64,000 nucleotides of DNA, taken from NCBI GenBank assembly GCA_965205975.1, contig OZ242195.1, forward strand, positions 1,920,001 to 1,984,000, written 5' to 3'. Position numbers and translations under genes: made by a program. Position 1 is the stretch's first letter. Every line of letters begins with the position of its first letter. The stretch comes from Candidatus Latescibacterota bacterium (GTDB lineage: Bacteria; Latescibacterota; UBA2968). Below the pieces are notes generated by a model. That model did no database searches, was not told the origin of the DNA, and was given only the letters and a program-made list of their open reading frames with translations. This document shows positions 29,924 to 40,458 of this stretch, in pieces.

Positions 29924-30500
29924 CTATCACCACGAAAACGATCAGTATTACAAAAACGCCTTGGTCGAATTCGGCTACCAGCATTCGATATTCATCGATG
30001 TCTCAGTCGATACCGGAGACATCTCTGAGGATCTAGATGATCAGCGCATACGAGAGATAATCAGAGACGGATACTTGCGAGACTCTACGGTTACGATCGT
30101 CTTGGTGGGAACTGATACAAAACGCAGAAAACATGTGGACTGGGAGATATACTCCAGTATGTATAGCGGTGTTGTGAACAAAAAATCCGGAATTGTGGTT
30201 GTCAATCTACCTGGGACATCGGATCTATGTACGGTAGCACACGAAGGCGAAAAAGAAGCTCTCTATCCAGATATATCTTCGTGGACATCAATCTCTACTA
30301 GGGTGGAATACGAACAGCGGTATCCGTACATGCCAGATCGCATTATTGATAATCTACTAAATCCAAAGGCTAAAATATCTGTTGTTCCATGGAACAGAAT
30401 CAACGCGACAAGTCTTAAGTTCCTGGTTGATGCAGCCTTTAATGATCGTGGCCGTTGCGAGTATGACTTAAGCCGACGAATGAGACGACACAATTCGTGA
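29904..30500 (+). CDS. Short TIR protein (ThsB / MTH538-like)
   Basis: KVFISYHH, IRDGYLRDSTVTIVLVG, RKHVDWEI (catalytic Glu), PDRIIDN. Confidence 0.88.
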   Translation: MHKVFISYHHENDQYYKNALVEFGYQHSIFIDVSVDTGDISEDLDDQRIREIIRDGYLRDSTVTIVLVGTDTKRRKHVDWEIYSSMYSGVVNKKSGIVVVNLPGTSDLCTVAHEGEKEALYPDISSWTSISTRVEYEQRYPYMPDRIIDNLLNPKAKISVVPWNRINATSLKFLVDAAFNDRGRCEYDLSRRMRRHNS

Positions 30501-30554
30501 TTTCGCTTGGTATAGAGTACCACCCTGCCTATCCCCGGTTATGGCTGAATATCC

Positions 30555-30670
30555 ATAAACAACGATGAAGGGGAAGAACTAAAATCGGGAGATGTAGGCA
30601 CTATCATCCACGTCCACCCGGATGAAGAAGCCCTTGTTGTGGAGTTCATGTCCCTTGATGGCGACACAGT
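30555..30670 (+). pseudogene. DUF4926-like gene fragment
   Basis: Reads LKSGDVGTIIHVHPDEEALVVEFMSLDGDTV without intact start or end. Confidence 0.6.
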
Positions 30671-31151
30671 GTCGCAGATTTTCGACAGTGAGAAGATTTC
30701 CGAGACAGCGTTGCGGATTTTATCCAATCCGTCAATAGGAAAGATGCGACAGACAGTGTCTGTTAAATCTACTGAACACGCTGAGATTTCGCAGACACTG
30801 TCTGCAAAATTGGCGAAACGATTCGCGCTTGGCTAGTCCCACTACGTCATCCTTCTGTCCATCGACAACCCCGAAGAACGCCGCTTCTACGAATACTTCA
30901 ACTACTTTGACCGCTATGTGAAAACCGAAGACGAACTTCCGACTATCGGCATCGTGCTCTGCACCCGTAAGAACGATGCACTGGTCGAACTGACCCTGTC
31001 GGAAGAAGCCAATATTTACGCGTCGAAGTACCAACTCTACCTGCCATCAAAGCAAGATCTCGTGACCCAGCTTGAGCGCATTCAGAGAGAGCTTAGAAAT
31101 GGAAAAATGATGGATAGCCCGACGCTCAGGATCTATGACAAGGCATCATAG
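30671..31151 (+). pseudogene. YhcG/DUF1016 PDDEXK nuclease remnant
   Basis: ISQTLSAK..LG*SHYVILLSIDNPEERRFYE (TAG 30834-30836 at the W of the usual WSHY) joined directly to C-terminal NYFDRYVK..PTIGIVLC..IYASKYQLYLPSK. Confidence 0.7.
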
Positions 31152-31183
31152 AATCGTGAGAGAATGGGCTGATACATGTTCGG

Positions 31184-31235
31184 GGGGCGTAATGGGGCGT
31201 AATGGGGCGCAATAGGGGCGCAATAGGGGCGCAAT
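31184..31235 (+). repeat. Tandem repeat, 5 x GGGGCGYAAT(A)
   Basis: Units at 31184, 31194, 31204, 31215, 31226. Confidence 0.9.
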
Positions 31236-31273
31236 TGACCTAAAAGATACGCTCAAACTCTGGAAACCACAAC

Positions 31274-34219
31274 ATGACCGACCTTAAAATCACAGAGGCT
31301 GGCACTGTCCAATTCCCCATGGTTCGCCACGCAGCCGAGATCGGTTGGACCGCGATCTCGCCCAGTGTTGCCAGACAGAGGCGCGGCGATGAAGCGGAGA
31401 TGCTATTTCGCGACGAACTCGAAGCAAAGCTCACCGACTTCAATCCGTGGATGTCTGCTGACACCATACGTCAGATCATTGAGCGGATAGAAGCAATACC
31501 ACCGACGATTGAGGGAAATCGTGAGATGCTCAATTGGCTACGCGGAGAGCGGCAATGGTATGATGAATCCGAGAACCGACAACGGCATGTCCAGTTCATC
31601 GATTTTGAGCATCCAGCCAACAATATTTTTCACGTCACATGGGAATGGAAGATCAAACCTCCATCCCGCAAGGGCAACCGAGCAGACGTAATGTTTGTCA
31701 TCAACGGCATACCAGTCGCCATTGTCGAACACAAGAACCCGAAGACCGCCAATGCCATTGAACGGGGTATCACCCAATTGCGACGCTACGAAATGGAGAC
31801 ACCCGAGTTGATGGGAATGGCGCAACTCTTCAACGTCACGCATCTCCTCGAATACTGGTACGGTGTCACCTGGAACACCTCGCGCCGATTCATGGCACGC
31901 TGGAAAGAACGCCCGGATGAAACCTATCGCTTCGCTGTACAATCCTTCTTTGAGCCAACTGATTTTCTACGCACGCTACGAGACTGGATACTTTTCTATG
32001 TCGAAGATGGCGAGACGCGGAAATCTGTACTGCGCCAGCATCAACGCCGCGCAATCGACCGCATTCTCAAACGCTGTGCCGAACCATCCAGGCGTCGGGG
32101 GCTAATATGGCACACCCAGGGATCCGGCAAAACCTTTACACTACTCACCGCCGCACGCCTGATTCTGGAACACAAGGAACGATTCCACACGCCAACCGTG
32201 GTGGTAGTCGTAGATCGCAGAGAACTCGAAGGACAACTCAAGGAATGGGTTGAACGCCTGCTCGGTGAAATGCATCAACAGGACATCGCGGTATGGCGAG
32301 CAAACTCCAGGGACGACCTCCGGAACCTGCTCAAAACCGACAAACGCGGGCTAATCCTGTCTATGATCCACAAATTTGAAGGCATTGAGCGGAATGCCAA
32401 CACCCGCGGCAACATCTATGTATTCATAGACGAGGCGCACCGCTCAGTCGCCAAAGACCTCGGCACGTATCTGATGGCGGCGGTACCAAATGCCACTATC
32501 ATCGGTTTTACCGGCACACCGATAGCCAGGACAGAGCATGGGGCAGGCACCTTCATGATCTTCGGTGCCGATGACGAGCAAGGTTATCTCGATAAGTATT
32601 CGATTCGTGAGTCAATTAAGGACGAAACGACGCTGCCTATTCGCCATACCATGGCACCGAGTGAAATGGCTGTACCAGCCGAGCAACTCGATAAAGAATT
32701 CTTTGAACTTGCTCAAGCCGAAGGCGTTACCGATGTCGATGAACTCAATAAGGTCCTCGACCAGGCCGTGGGCTTACGCACCTTCCTGACCGCCGATGAC
32801 CGCATTGAGAAGATCGCCAAATACGTAGCCGAGCACTTTGTGGAAAACGTAGTTCCACTCGGCTACAAGGCATTTCTCGTGGGCGTGAACCGCGAAGCCT
32901 GCGCCAAGTACAAACGCGTACTCGACAAACTCCTACCACCCGACTGGACGGCGCCTGTCTATACAGAGAATACTTCAGACATCATTGACCGTCCACTCGT
33001 TGCGGAACTTCAACTCACTGAGGATCAAGAGGCGGACACGCGCCGCCTATTCAAAAAGGCGGATGAGAACCCAAAGATCCTCATTGTGACCGACAAATTA
33101 CTGACAGGCTACGACGCACCCCTTCTCTATTGCATGTATCTCGACAAGCCAATGCGCGATCATGTCCTCTTACAAGCTATTGCGCGCGTGAACCGCCCGC
33201 ATGTGGATGCGAACGGCACCCGCAAGCCCATCGGCCTCATTGTCGATTTCGTCGGCGTACTCCGTGAACTGAGAAAAGCATTGCGATTCGACTCGTCTGA
33301 TGTAAACGGTGTGATTGAGGACCTCGACCTGCTGCTGGATGCCTTTCTAAACAAGATCGAAAAGGCGAAAACGGACTACCTTACTGTCCGGGAAAATGGC
33401 AGCGCAGACGAGCATCTCGAATGGGTTGTCTATGGACATTTCTTAGACTTAGAGGCGCGCAAAGCATTCTGCGAAGCGTACAAGGATATTGAGGCACTCT
33501 GGGAGATTTTGTCACCTTCGCCAGACCTGCGCGACCACATCGACACCTATAAGCAACTCGCCAATCTTTATTCAGCCGTACGCAATGCCTATACTACCAG
33601 CACTACCCCCGTAATAGACTTAGCCAACAAGACGCGCTCCCTGGTCCAGGACAGCGCTACCCAAGAAGGTCTCGGCTACCTGACAAAAACAGCGACATTC
33701 GACGTAAACACGCTCAAAACACTCCAAAACGAGTCTGGCTCACACGAAGCCAAAGTGTTCAACCTCGTGCGCGGCTTGCGGAAGGAAGTCGAACAAGAAT
33801 CGGAAATGGCGTCTGTGCTGCTGCCTTTGAAAGAACGCGCTGAACGCATTTTGGAGGATTTGGAGAATCGCAAAATAACCGCACTCGAGGCGATGGATCA
33901 GTTAGATGCCCTTGCAAAAGAAAAAGAGGAAGCTATCGAGGCCGCGCAGAACAGCGGACTTTCGCCGCGTGCATTTGGTATTCATTTGGCACTAAAGAAC
34001 GATCCGAATATAGTGGCTGTCGGCATATCGACATTGAACGTGGCACAGGAAGTGGAAACACTGCTCAACCGCTTTCCCAACGCGGCTGTCAACGCCGACG
34101 AACAACGGCGACTACGTGCGGCTCTCTATCTCCCGCTTCTAAAACTGGACAAAGACGAGCGCAGCCGCGCTGTAGATCGCGTCCTTTCAATTCTTCTGGA
34201 CACAAACCCCGATGTGTAA
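31274..34219 (+). CDS. hsdR: Type I R-M restriction/translocase subunit
   Basis: [19 protein letters not shown] nuclease motif, HTQGSGKT Walker [21 protein letters not shown]. Confidence 0.95.
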   Translation: MTDLKITEAGTVQFPMVRHAAEIGWTAISPSVARQRRGDEAEMLFRDELEAKLTDFNPWMSADTIRQIIERIEAIPPTIEGNREMLNWLRGERQWYDESENRQRHVQFIDFEHPANNIFHVTWEWKIKPPSRKGNRADVMFVINGIPVAIVEHKNPKTANAIERGITQLRRYEMETPELMGMAQLFNVTHLLEYWYGVTWNTSRRFMARWKERPDETYRFAVQSFFEPTDFLRTLRDWILFYVEDGETRKSVLRQHQRRAIDRILKRCAEPSRRRGLIWHTQGSGKTFTLLTAARLILEHKERFHTPTVVVVVDRRELEGQLKEWVERLLGEMHQQDIAVWRANSRDDLRNLLKTDKRGLILSMIHKFEGIERNANTRGNIYVFIDEAHRSVAKDLGTYLMAAVPNATIIGFTGTPIARTEHGAGTFMIFGADDEQGYLDKYSIRESIKDETTLPIRHTMAPSEMAVPAEQLDKEFFELAQAEGVTDVDELNKVLDQAVGLRTFLTADDRIEKIAKYVAEHFVENVVPLGYKAFLVGVNREACAKYKRVLDKLLPPDWTAPVYTENTSDIIDRPLVAELQLTEDQEADTRRLFKKADENPKILIVTDKLLTGYDAPLLYCMYLDKPMRDHVLLQAIARVNRPHVDANGTRKPIGLIVDFVGVLRELRKALRFDSSDVNGVIEDLDLLLDAFLNKIEKAKTDYLTVRENGSADEHLEWVVYGHFLDLEARKAFCEAYKDIEALWEILSPSPDLRDHIDTYKQLANLYSAVRNAYTTSTTPVIDLANKTRSLVQDSATQEGLGYLTKTATFDVNTLKTLQNESGSHEAKVFNLVRGLRKEVEQESEMASVLLPLKERAERILEDLENRKITALEAMDQLDALAKEKEEAIEAAQNSGLSPRAFGIHLALKNDPNIVAVGISTLNVAQEVETLLNRFPNAAVNADEQRRLRAALYLPLLKLDKDERSRAVDRVLSILLDTNPDV

Positions 34220-34505
34220 TGAACGGCGCAAGGTCATCCGCGACCGCGTCGAATACTGGGCGCGGCGATTGAACGTCCATCCCCGGCATGTTCGCGTTCA
34301 ACACATGACCCGGAAATGGGGTTCCTGCTCAACATCCGGAATCATCACACTCGCCATTGATCTGGCTGATCGGGAAGTAGGATTTCAGGACTTCGTCATC
34401 GCGCACGAGTTGTTGCACCTCCGCGTTCCCAACCACGGAAGATTATTTAAGGCATTGATGACCGTTCATATGCCTGAGTGGAAGAAGTACAATATCACAA
34501 GATAG
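34212..34505 (+). CDS. Short YgjP/SprT-like (M48) zinc metalloprotease-fold protein
   Basis: KWGSCS, HELLH, PNHGRLF; typical companion downstream of hsdR; only 97 aa. Confidence 0.8.
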   Translation: MCNERRKVIRDRVEYWARRLNVHPRHVRVQHMTRKWGSCSTSGIITLAIDLADREVGFQDFVIAHELLHLRVPNHGRLFKALMTVHMPEWKKYNITR

Positions 34506-34562
34506 AGTGCCGTCTGCGGTTCTCTAACTGACCTAATCTACACAGATTAGTACAAAAAATGA

Positions 34563-34618
34563 CCCCCCCGACTACTCCTTAATGGAGAGAACCCCTTGGG
34601 TTCTTGTCATCGGGGGGG
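34563..34618. terminator. Branched stem-loop between convergent genes, likely bidirectional terminator
   Basis: CCCCCCCGA...TCGGGGGGG outer stem enclosing CTCC/GGAG and AGAACCC/GGGTTCT hairpins; T tracts on both strands. Confidence 0.6.
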
Positions 34619-34663
34619 AACCTTTTATCCATCGGGCTGGATGAACCCTGAATCAACAAATCT

Positions 34664-35410
34664 CTAAACCGCCATCGCCTCTTCTTTGAGATCATTCAGC
34701 CCTTCAAACTCGCGCCAGATATCGGCCATAGCATCCGTGCTATTTTCTCTGGCATTGACGTGTCGGGGTCTGAAAATCACGGCGTATCGGATATCGGGCG
34801 AATGATTTGGGCCTCCATTGTGATACATCTGGTGATGGCAGATCACCGCATCGCCCGCTTCGCCCATCAACTGAATCGGCCCATGCGGCAAATCGATATC
34901 GGGAATCCGGCGATTGGCCTTTGCCGTCTCCACGTAATTGGGATCCTTTTGAAACGCCGCCTCATAAGCGCGATGAGACCCGGGCCAAAAACAGAAATTG
35001 CCCATAAATGGTCTCGGAACATCGTGGACCAGAATCACCACCAGCAGCGTCATACCGCGACTCAGCAACCCATCCTTCAGCTTCCCACCCAAATCCAGAT
35101 GCCCTCGCGTCAGCGGACGCTCCTCTGCATCGGGAAAATTGAGCTTCACATTGCCTCCCTGCGGTGGAATCAACTTCCCCTCTCCCACTACTGACTCGCA
35201 CAGACCCCAAAGCGGCGATTTATTAAACAAATCTGTAATCACCGGCTCATTGCTCAACCCCGGATTTCGTCCCTGTTGCATCACGCGATAACGCATGTGA
35301 TAATTAATGGCCTTGCGCGCCTGATCGGCCATCAACTTTGGCACAGCACCTCGCACAAGCACATATCCTTCTTCGAAAAACTGCTGCTTTTGAGCTTTGG
35401 TCATCTGCAT
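34664..35410 (-). CDS. PhyH family dioxygenase
   Basis: FFEEGYV, HLD, PGSH, AGDAVICH..YHNGGPN. Confidence 0.85.
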   Translation of the reverse strand: MQMTKAQKQQFFEEGYVLVRGAVPKLMADQARKAINYHMRYRVMQQGRNPGLSNEPVITDLFNKSPLWGLCESVVGEGKLIPPQGGNVKLNFPDAEERPLTRGHLDLGGKLKDGLLSRGMTLLVVILVHDVPRPFMGNFCFWPGSHRAYEAAFQKDPNYVETAKANRRIPDIDLPHGPIQLMGEAGDAVICHHQMYHNGGPNHSPDIRYAVIFRPRHVNARENSTDAMADIWREFEGLNDLKEEAMAV

Positions 35411-35466
35411 GGGAATCTCCTTTCAGTTAGCAGTTGTCGCCTCCAACGACCAGTCCCACCCAGCCC

Positions 35467-36438
35467 CTACTCATAATCCAACACAACCTTAATCGCCTCG
35501 TCTCGATGATCGATAAACAATTCAAAACCCTTTTGCACCTCTGTAAACGGCAAATGGTGTGTAATAATCGGCGAGACATCAATACGTCCCTGCGCGATCA
35601 TATCCATAGCCAGGGGATAATCGTTCAGCGAATCTGGACCCACAGAACCGACCAGCGTCACATTCTTACTGAAAAAATCGCGATAATTAAACGCATACAC
35701 ATCGTCATCGGGCACGCCAAACGCCAGCACCGTGCCCAGACGTTTGGTTAAATTCAGACACAAATTGACCGTATCCTGATTATGCCCCACAATTTCCACC
35801 GTCAGATCGGCCATGCGTCCATCCGTAATATCTCTCACAACAGCCACCACATCTTCCCTATCGGGATTCACCACATGGGTCGCCCGCATCTTTTTGGCCG
35901 CCTCGAGACGAAAATCAACCGTATCCACGGCAACAACGGTCTTCGCCCCCAAATTGCTCAACAAATGCGTCATCAACAAACCCATTGGCCCCTGCCCCAC
36001 CACCACGGCGTCCCAATTGAGAATATTGCCCAACTTGCGACACGCCCAAATCACCGTCCCCAAAGGCTGTGACATCAACAATTCATCGAGCGGTTTATAA
36101 TCCACGAGATGAACCCCCACTCTTTCGCTCGAAATATAATACTCAGCCAGCCCACCAATACCCGCCGTGGGCCGCGCCTGCACAAAATCCCCCGGTTGAA
36201 ACCGATCCGACGACGACGCAACCACCGTTCCAATACACTCGTGAATTGAAGTCCCAATATTCATCGGATACACCGCGTCTGGCTGTTTCAGTACAAACTT
36301 TGGCGAATCCGACCCACAAATCGCGGTCATATGCGCCTTAACCTTTATCGATCCCCCTGGAAAATCCTCAATATTCGGCTCATCGGCCTCAAACATCTCA
36401 ATCTGCCGATGAGCGACAACGTGTGCTGCTTTCACCAA
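35467..36438 (-). CDS. Zinc-dependent medium-chain dehydrogenase
   Basis: ICGSD, HECIG, GQGPMG, PIITHH, IKVVL. Confidence 0.9.
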   Translation of the reverse strand: MVKAAHVVAHRQIEMFEADEPNIEDFPGGSIKVKAHMTAICGSDSPKFVLKQPDAVYPMNIGTSIHECIGTVVASSSDRFQPGDFVQARPTAGIGGLAEYYISSERVGVHLVDYKPLDELLMSQPLGTVIWACRKLGNILNWDAVVVGQGPMGLLMTHLLSNLGAKTVVAVDTVDFRLEAAKKMRATHVVNPDREDVVAVVRDITDGRMADLTVEIVGHNQDTVNLCLNLTKRLGTVLAFGVPDDDVYAFNYRDFFSKNVTLVGSVGPDSLNDYPLAMDMIAQGRIDVSPIITHHLPFTEVQKGFELFIDHRDEAIKVVLDYE

Positions 36439-36462
36439 TTCCTCCTTTAGAAACTGTTAAGA

Positions 36463-38223
36463 TCAATCCGCCGCCTCAATCCGCGGCGCCTCCAACTCAC
36501 TGCGCTGTCCCAGCCATATAAACACACCGCCAACACCCAGCACAAAACCGCCCACAAACAAAATCCCCAGGCGTCCGATCAGTGGATTGGGCAACAAGAC
36601 GAGCGCGCAAATCACCCCGCCAATAACCGCAGCAAAACTACCGATAATTTTGAGCTGGCGCAAATCATTTGGCACGCCGATCTCTTTCTCAAAATCAACC
36701 GGTGTCAGCATGCGATCAAAAAAGTCCTGCGCCTGCCTCTTATATACTTCCGACGTGCGATTCCAGAACGGCATCGTCAACAAATAAACCACTATCCCCA
36801 CGGCGAGATTGACAAACACCTTCTGCTGAAAAGACCAGGTCTCGCCAAAGAGTTCCGCACTAAAAAACCCGATTGCAGATGGAATCAACGTCACACACAC
36901 CGTCACAATAGCCGCCCAACTCGGCGACGTGCGAATAAACAGCCCCATCAACGCGGGGACAGCCATCGGCAGAGCCAGCAACGCGCCGATATTCAACATA
37001 TGTTCAAACACCCCTCGGCCCTCTGTATTCGCAAAATACGTGGCAATACTCACAATACACACCCCAAACACCGCAGAAAACACCTGCCCCAACCGCATCA
37101 GGCTTTTGCCCTGCATAGTCGCCCGTCCAAACAACCGACATAACGTCGGATAAATATCATTGGTAAAAATCGCCGCATTGCGATTCAACCCCGAATCCAT
37201 CGAACTCATCGTCGCCGCAAACATCGCCACCACCATCAACCCCGTCAGGCCCAGCGGCAACACATTCAAACTCGCAATTGCATACGCAGCTTCCGCAGCC
37301 TTGGGAATATCGACCGCCATCACCTCGGCGTGAAACAAAAGTCGCGCAGTCATCGGCGGAATAAACCAGATAAAAGCACCCGCCGTCATCAGCACAAAGC
37401 CCAGCCACGCCGCCTTTTGCGCCTCGCGCCCATCCTTCACCAGAAAATACCGCTGTGCCGACGTAAGCGTATTGTATCCAATCACATTCTTCAGCAGCAT
37501 CGCTATAGCCCACGCATACGTATAAGCCCGCAGCGGAAACTGGTCAGGCGCATTAAACACACCATAAGCCGACGACAGATTCATATCCTGAATGCCCTGA
37601 AACAAAGCGCCCACACCACCGAGCTTCACCAGACACAACACCCCCACCAGAATAGTAATGGGAATGAGGATAAGCGTCTGCAGAAAATCCGTAGCCGTCA
37701 CCGCCCAGCTACCGCCGATCAGCGAATAGAGCAACACCACCGCGCCTACCACCACGATCACCTGCTCAATTTTATATCCAAACACCGCCGAACAGAAAAT
37801 CGCCAATCCCAGAAGATGTAGCGACGAATACAGCGTTTGCATCACAAATGACATCCACGCGTAAAATTGTTGCGTCGAAATGCCAAAGCGCAGGCGGATA
37901 ACCTCGGGACCCGTAATAGCCCGGATCTGTCGAAACCATTTGGCGAGAAACAAACCATTAATCGCAAAACCCACTGAATTAGCCAGATAAATCACCAACA
38001 CACTCCAGCCGGCTTCATACGCCGCACCCGCTGCACCCGAAAAAGTCCACGCACTAAACGCCGTCATAAACGCACTCGACCCCACCAGCCACCAGGTGCC
38101 CTTGCAGCCGTTTCGAAAATAATCACTCACATTTTCATTAAAACGGCGAAACACCATCCCCACCCCAACCAGCACGACCAAATAACAGCCAATCACAACA
38201 TATTCAACCGATGTTTCACTCAT
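36463..38223 (-). CDS. Sodium:solute symporter family transporter
   Basis: DYFRNG, FSAWTFSGAAG, TDFLQ, AQRY, FAATMSSMDS. Confidence 0.92.
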   Translation of the reverse strand: MSETSVEYVVIGCYLVVLVGVGMVFRRFNENVSDYFRNGCKGTWWLVGSSAFMTAFSAWTFSGAAGAAYEAGWSVLVIYLANSVGFAINGLFLAKWFRQIRAITGPEVIRLRFGISTQQFYAWMSFVMQTLYSSLHLLGLAIFCSAVFGYKIEQVIVVVGAVVLLYSLIGGSWAVTATDFLQTLILIPITILVGVLCLVKLGGVGALFQGIQDMNLSSAYGVFNAPDQFPLRAYTYAWAIAMLLKNVIGYNTLTSAQRYFLVKDGREAQKAAWLGFVLMTAGAFIWFIPPMTARLLFHAEVMAVDIPKAAEAAYAIASLNVLPLGLTGLMVVAMFAATMSSMDSGLNRNAAIFTNDIYPTLCRLFGRATMQGKSLMRLGQVFSAVFGVCIVSIATYFANTEGRGVFEHMLNIGALLALPMAVPALMGLFIRTSPSWAAIVTVCVTLIPSAIGFFSAELFGETWSFQQKVFVNLAVGIVVYLLTMPFWNRTSEVYKRQAQDFFDRMLTPVDFEKEIGVPNDLRQLKIIGSFAAVIGGVICALVLLPNPLIGRLGILFVGGFVLGVGGVFIWLGQRSELEAPRIEAAD

Positions 38224-38244
38224 AGAGAGTTCTCCAATTAGCCA

Positions 38245-40221
38245 TCACCAGTGATGCACCAGATGCCCTTGCCCAAAGAAAAACAACACATCCACGATAA
38301 AAATCAACCCAATGCCCAGAACATAACCGAGCATCAGCCCCATAAACAAAGGTAGCGATTGGCGATAAAGTCCAATACCGCCAATTTTTAACAAAACGGA
38401 TTTAACCGCCCACGCCACAAAAACAGTAAACACCTGCCGCTGCAAAATACCCGTCGTAAACACCGTCAATCCAATAGGACTCAACGGCCACCACACAAAC
38501 CGATAGCGCAAAAAACTACACACACCTGCGATACTCGCGCCAATACCAAAAAACATCAGCCTCTCCAGACTGATGCCAAAGGGATTTTGCAATTTCATCA
38601 CCACATTGCTAAAAATCACCACATTCCCGGAATTAAACGTATAAACATTAAAATTGTACGCACCATACATATAACCCAGATAAAGCGTAAATACCGCCGA
38701 AATAACCAGCGACACCACCAGAGCGCACATCGTCGTCCAGAATAGCGAACGGGTCTTGAGCTTGAGCCTTGCCCCCATCTGCGCGATATGAGCCAGCGTA
38801 GCAGCGCCAAAAGTATTACCCAAGCCAAACGTCGAATAAGACAGCGCCAGAGACGCGGCACTATTGGTATCCATCTGCCGAATACCAATCGTATAAAAAG
38901 TAAAACTCTGAGGCGTAATAGGCATCCGCGCATAAGCCAATCCCGACTCAGCCACAAACCGCGTCACACCCACCGTCATCAAAATCAGTGCAAAAAGAAA
39001 AACACCGGCCACGAGCGCGGACATGCCCGAATGCCACAACCAGAAAAAGAGAAAAGCCGCCCCCACAATAATCCCCCACACCGCCGCCCGATAAGACAAC
39101 AACTCATCCGAATCATCCACCGCATCATCGCCGCGCATCGCCTTGCGCCACACATCCCGCAAATGCGCGCGCGCCATCCACATACTCAATGCCGTAAATA
39201 CAAAAAAAGCCCCCATCGCCTGCCAGCCCAACGCAGCACCACCGCGAGACCCCCAGATATCCGACGCCCCAATAGTATATCCCAAACGGTCAAAAACACC
39301 GGTTTGCACAATACCCAGCGCGTAAAAAAACCACAAACTGAACAACACATCGAGATTGGTAAAAAACGCGAACCCCAGCACAAAAAAATTCAACTTAATC
39401 GTAACACTCGGAAACCCGCGCCCAAGTGGCAAAGCCCATCTATCCATCAACGGAATAGGTGGAAATGTGTGCCAAAAATAACCCACGATATTCCACAACA
39501 CCACAACCACGGGAATGGTCAGTCCAACCCAGAACAGGCGAGAATGCAGGAGCCTGTATTTTCCTGCCCCAACCTCCTCCAACATCGTCAGCGGTGCTTC
39601 AGCCAGGGGAAAAGGCAGGCGTTCTCGATCCACCCACTGCCGCCGCAACACAGCCATCAGCGCCACGCTCACCAGCGCCAGTGCAATGAGAAAAACACCC
39701 CACCACACAAGCGGCGTCATCCACGCATCCCAGGGAATATCAACCCCAGGAGGCTTGCCCTCAAAAAAATACGTCATCTGCCTGGCGTCATTGGGCGGCG
39801 CGGCCCATTTGGGCAACCCATCCAACAAATAATCGCCCCACTGATTCTCGGGCGAGGCATAATAATAAGGCGCGGCAATCCCCCCGATAAACAAACCCAT
39901 AAAATTCGCCGCAGGCACAGCCCCTGCAATCCACCCCATCGAAAAAACCACCACCATCTCGCCCTGCGACAGTGCCCATTGAGGCTTTACCCGCGCCATC
40001 AGAACATTCAACGGCCACGCCAGCACCGTGAAAACCACCATAGTCGCCATGGGCAAATGGGCAAAAACCATACGCGACGAATGCACGATATAGGCCGAAT
40101 AAGCGGGCAACAAATTCACCAGAAACGTCACCGCAATCCCCACGCAAAAAGCGCGTGTGGTCACGCTCAGATGTTTGCTCTCCGGGTGTAAATCCCGATC
40201 CATCGCTTTCAATTCGGCCAT
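38245..40221 (-). CDS. DUF6785/DUF6784-type polytopic membrane protein (putative transporter)
   Basis: APYYYASPENQW, LRRQWVDRERLPFPL, WWPLSPIG; paralog of 1772..3727. Confidence 0.8.
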   Translation of the reverse strand: MAELKAMDRDLHPESKHLSVTTRAFCVGIAVTFLVNLLPAYSAYIVHSSRMVFAHLPMATMVVFTVLAWPLNVLMARVKPQWALSQGEMVVVFSMGWIAGAVPAANFMGLFIGGIAAPYYYASPENQWGDYLLDGLPKWAAPPNDARQMTYFFEGKPPGVDIPWDAWMTPLVWWGVFLIALALVSVALMAVLRRQWVDRERLPFPLAEAPLTMLEEVGAGKYRLLHSRLFWVGLTIPVVVVLWNIVGYFWHTFPPIPLMDRWALPLGRGFPSVTIKLNFFVLGFAFFTNLDVLFSLWFFYALGIVQTGVFDRLGYTIGASDIWGSRGGAALGWQAMGAFFVFTALSMWMARAHLRDVWRKAMRGDDAVDDSDELLSYRAAVWGIIVGAAFLFFWLWHSGMSALVAGVFLFALILMTVGVTRFVAESGLAYARMPITPQSFTFYTIGIRQMDTNSAASLALSYSTFGLGNTFGAATLAHIAQMGARLKLKTRSLFWTTMCALVVSLVISAVFTLYLGYMYGAYNFNVYTFNSGNVVIFSNVVMKLQNPFGISLERLMFFGIGASIAGVCSFLRYRFVWWPLSPIGLTVFTTGILQRQVFTVFVAWAVKSVLLKIGGIGLYRQSLPLFMGLMLGYVLGIGLIFIVDVLFFFGQGHLVHHW

Positions 40222-40236
40222 CGCAATCTCTTAAAA

Positions 40237-40268
40237 GCAACCACAGATAAACACAGATGAACACAGAG
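40237..40268 (+). repeat. 10-bp-unit tandem repeat element (CACAGATRAA)
   Basis: GCAACCACAGATAAACACAGATGAACACAGAG. Confidence 0.75.
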
Positions 40269-40458
40269 AGTTGCATTGTTGCTCATCACAAAATCCGTGC
40301 AAGCGTGGTTGTTTTTCGCCTTTCTTTGTGTCCCTTGGTGCTCTTCGTGGATATTGTTGTGCAATGTACCTCAAAAAGAAAGTGTGTGCAAGGAATCCAT
40401 CCCCTGCACACACCGGTTGTGGTTCAGGATCTATCAGCGATCCACTAACAGAACGCTA

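Noticed and set aside
27888..30500. Calling the TIR cassette canonical type I/II Thoeris (thsA/thsB)
   Set aside because: No SIR2, macrodomain or transmembrane effector visible, so gene symbols were withheld.
30834..30836. In-frame TAG as programmed recoding
   Set aside because: It sits at a Trp position (TGG to TAG) in a fragment that is also deleted on both sides; simple decay explains it.
31184..31235. Short repeats as a CRISPR array (also 50580-50695)
   Set aside because: No unique spacers of regular length, too few or too short repeats, no cas genes.
24117..34660. R-M island as an integrative mobile element
   Set aside because: No integrase, transposase, tRNA target or matching att repeats found at its edges.
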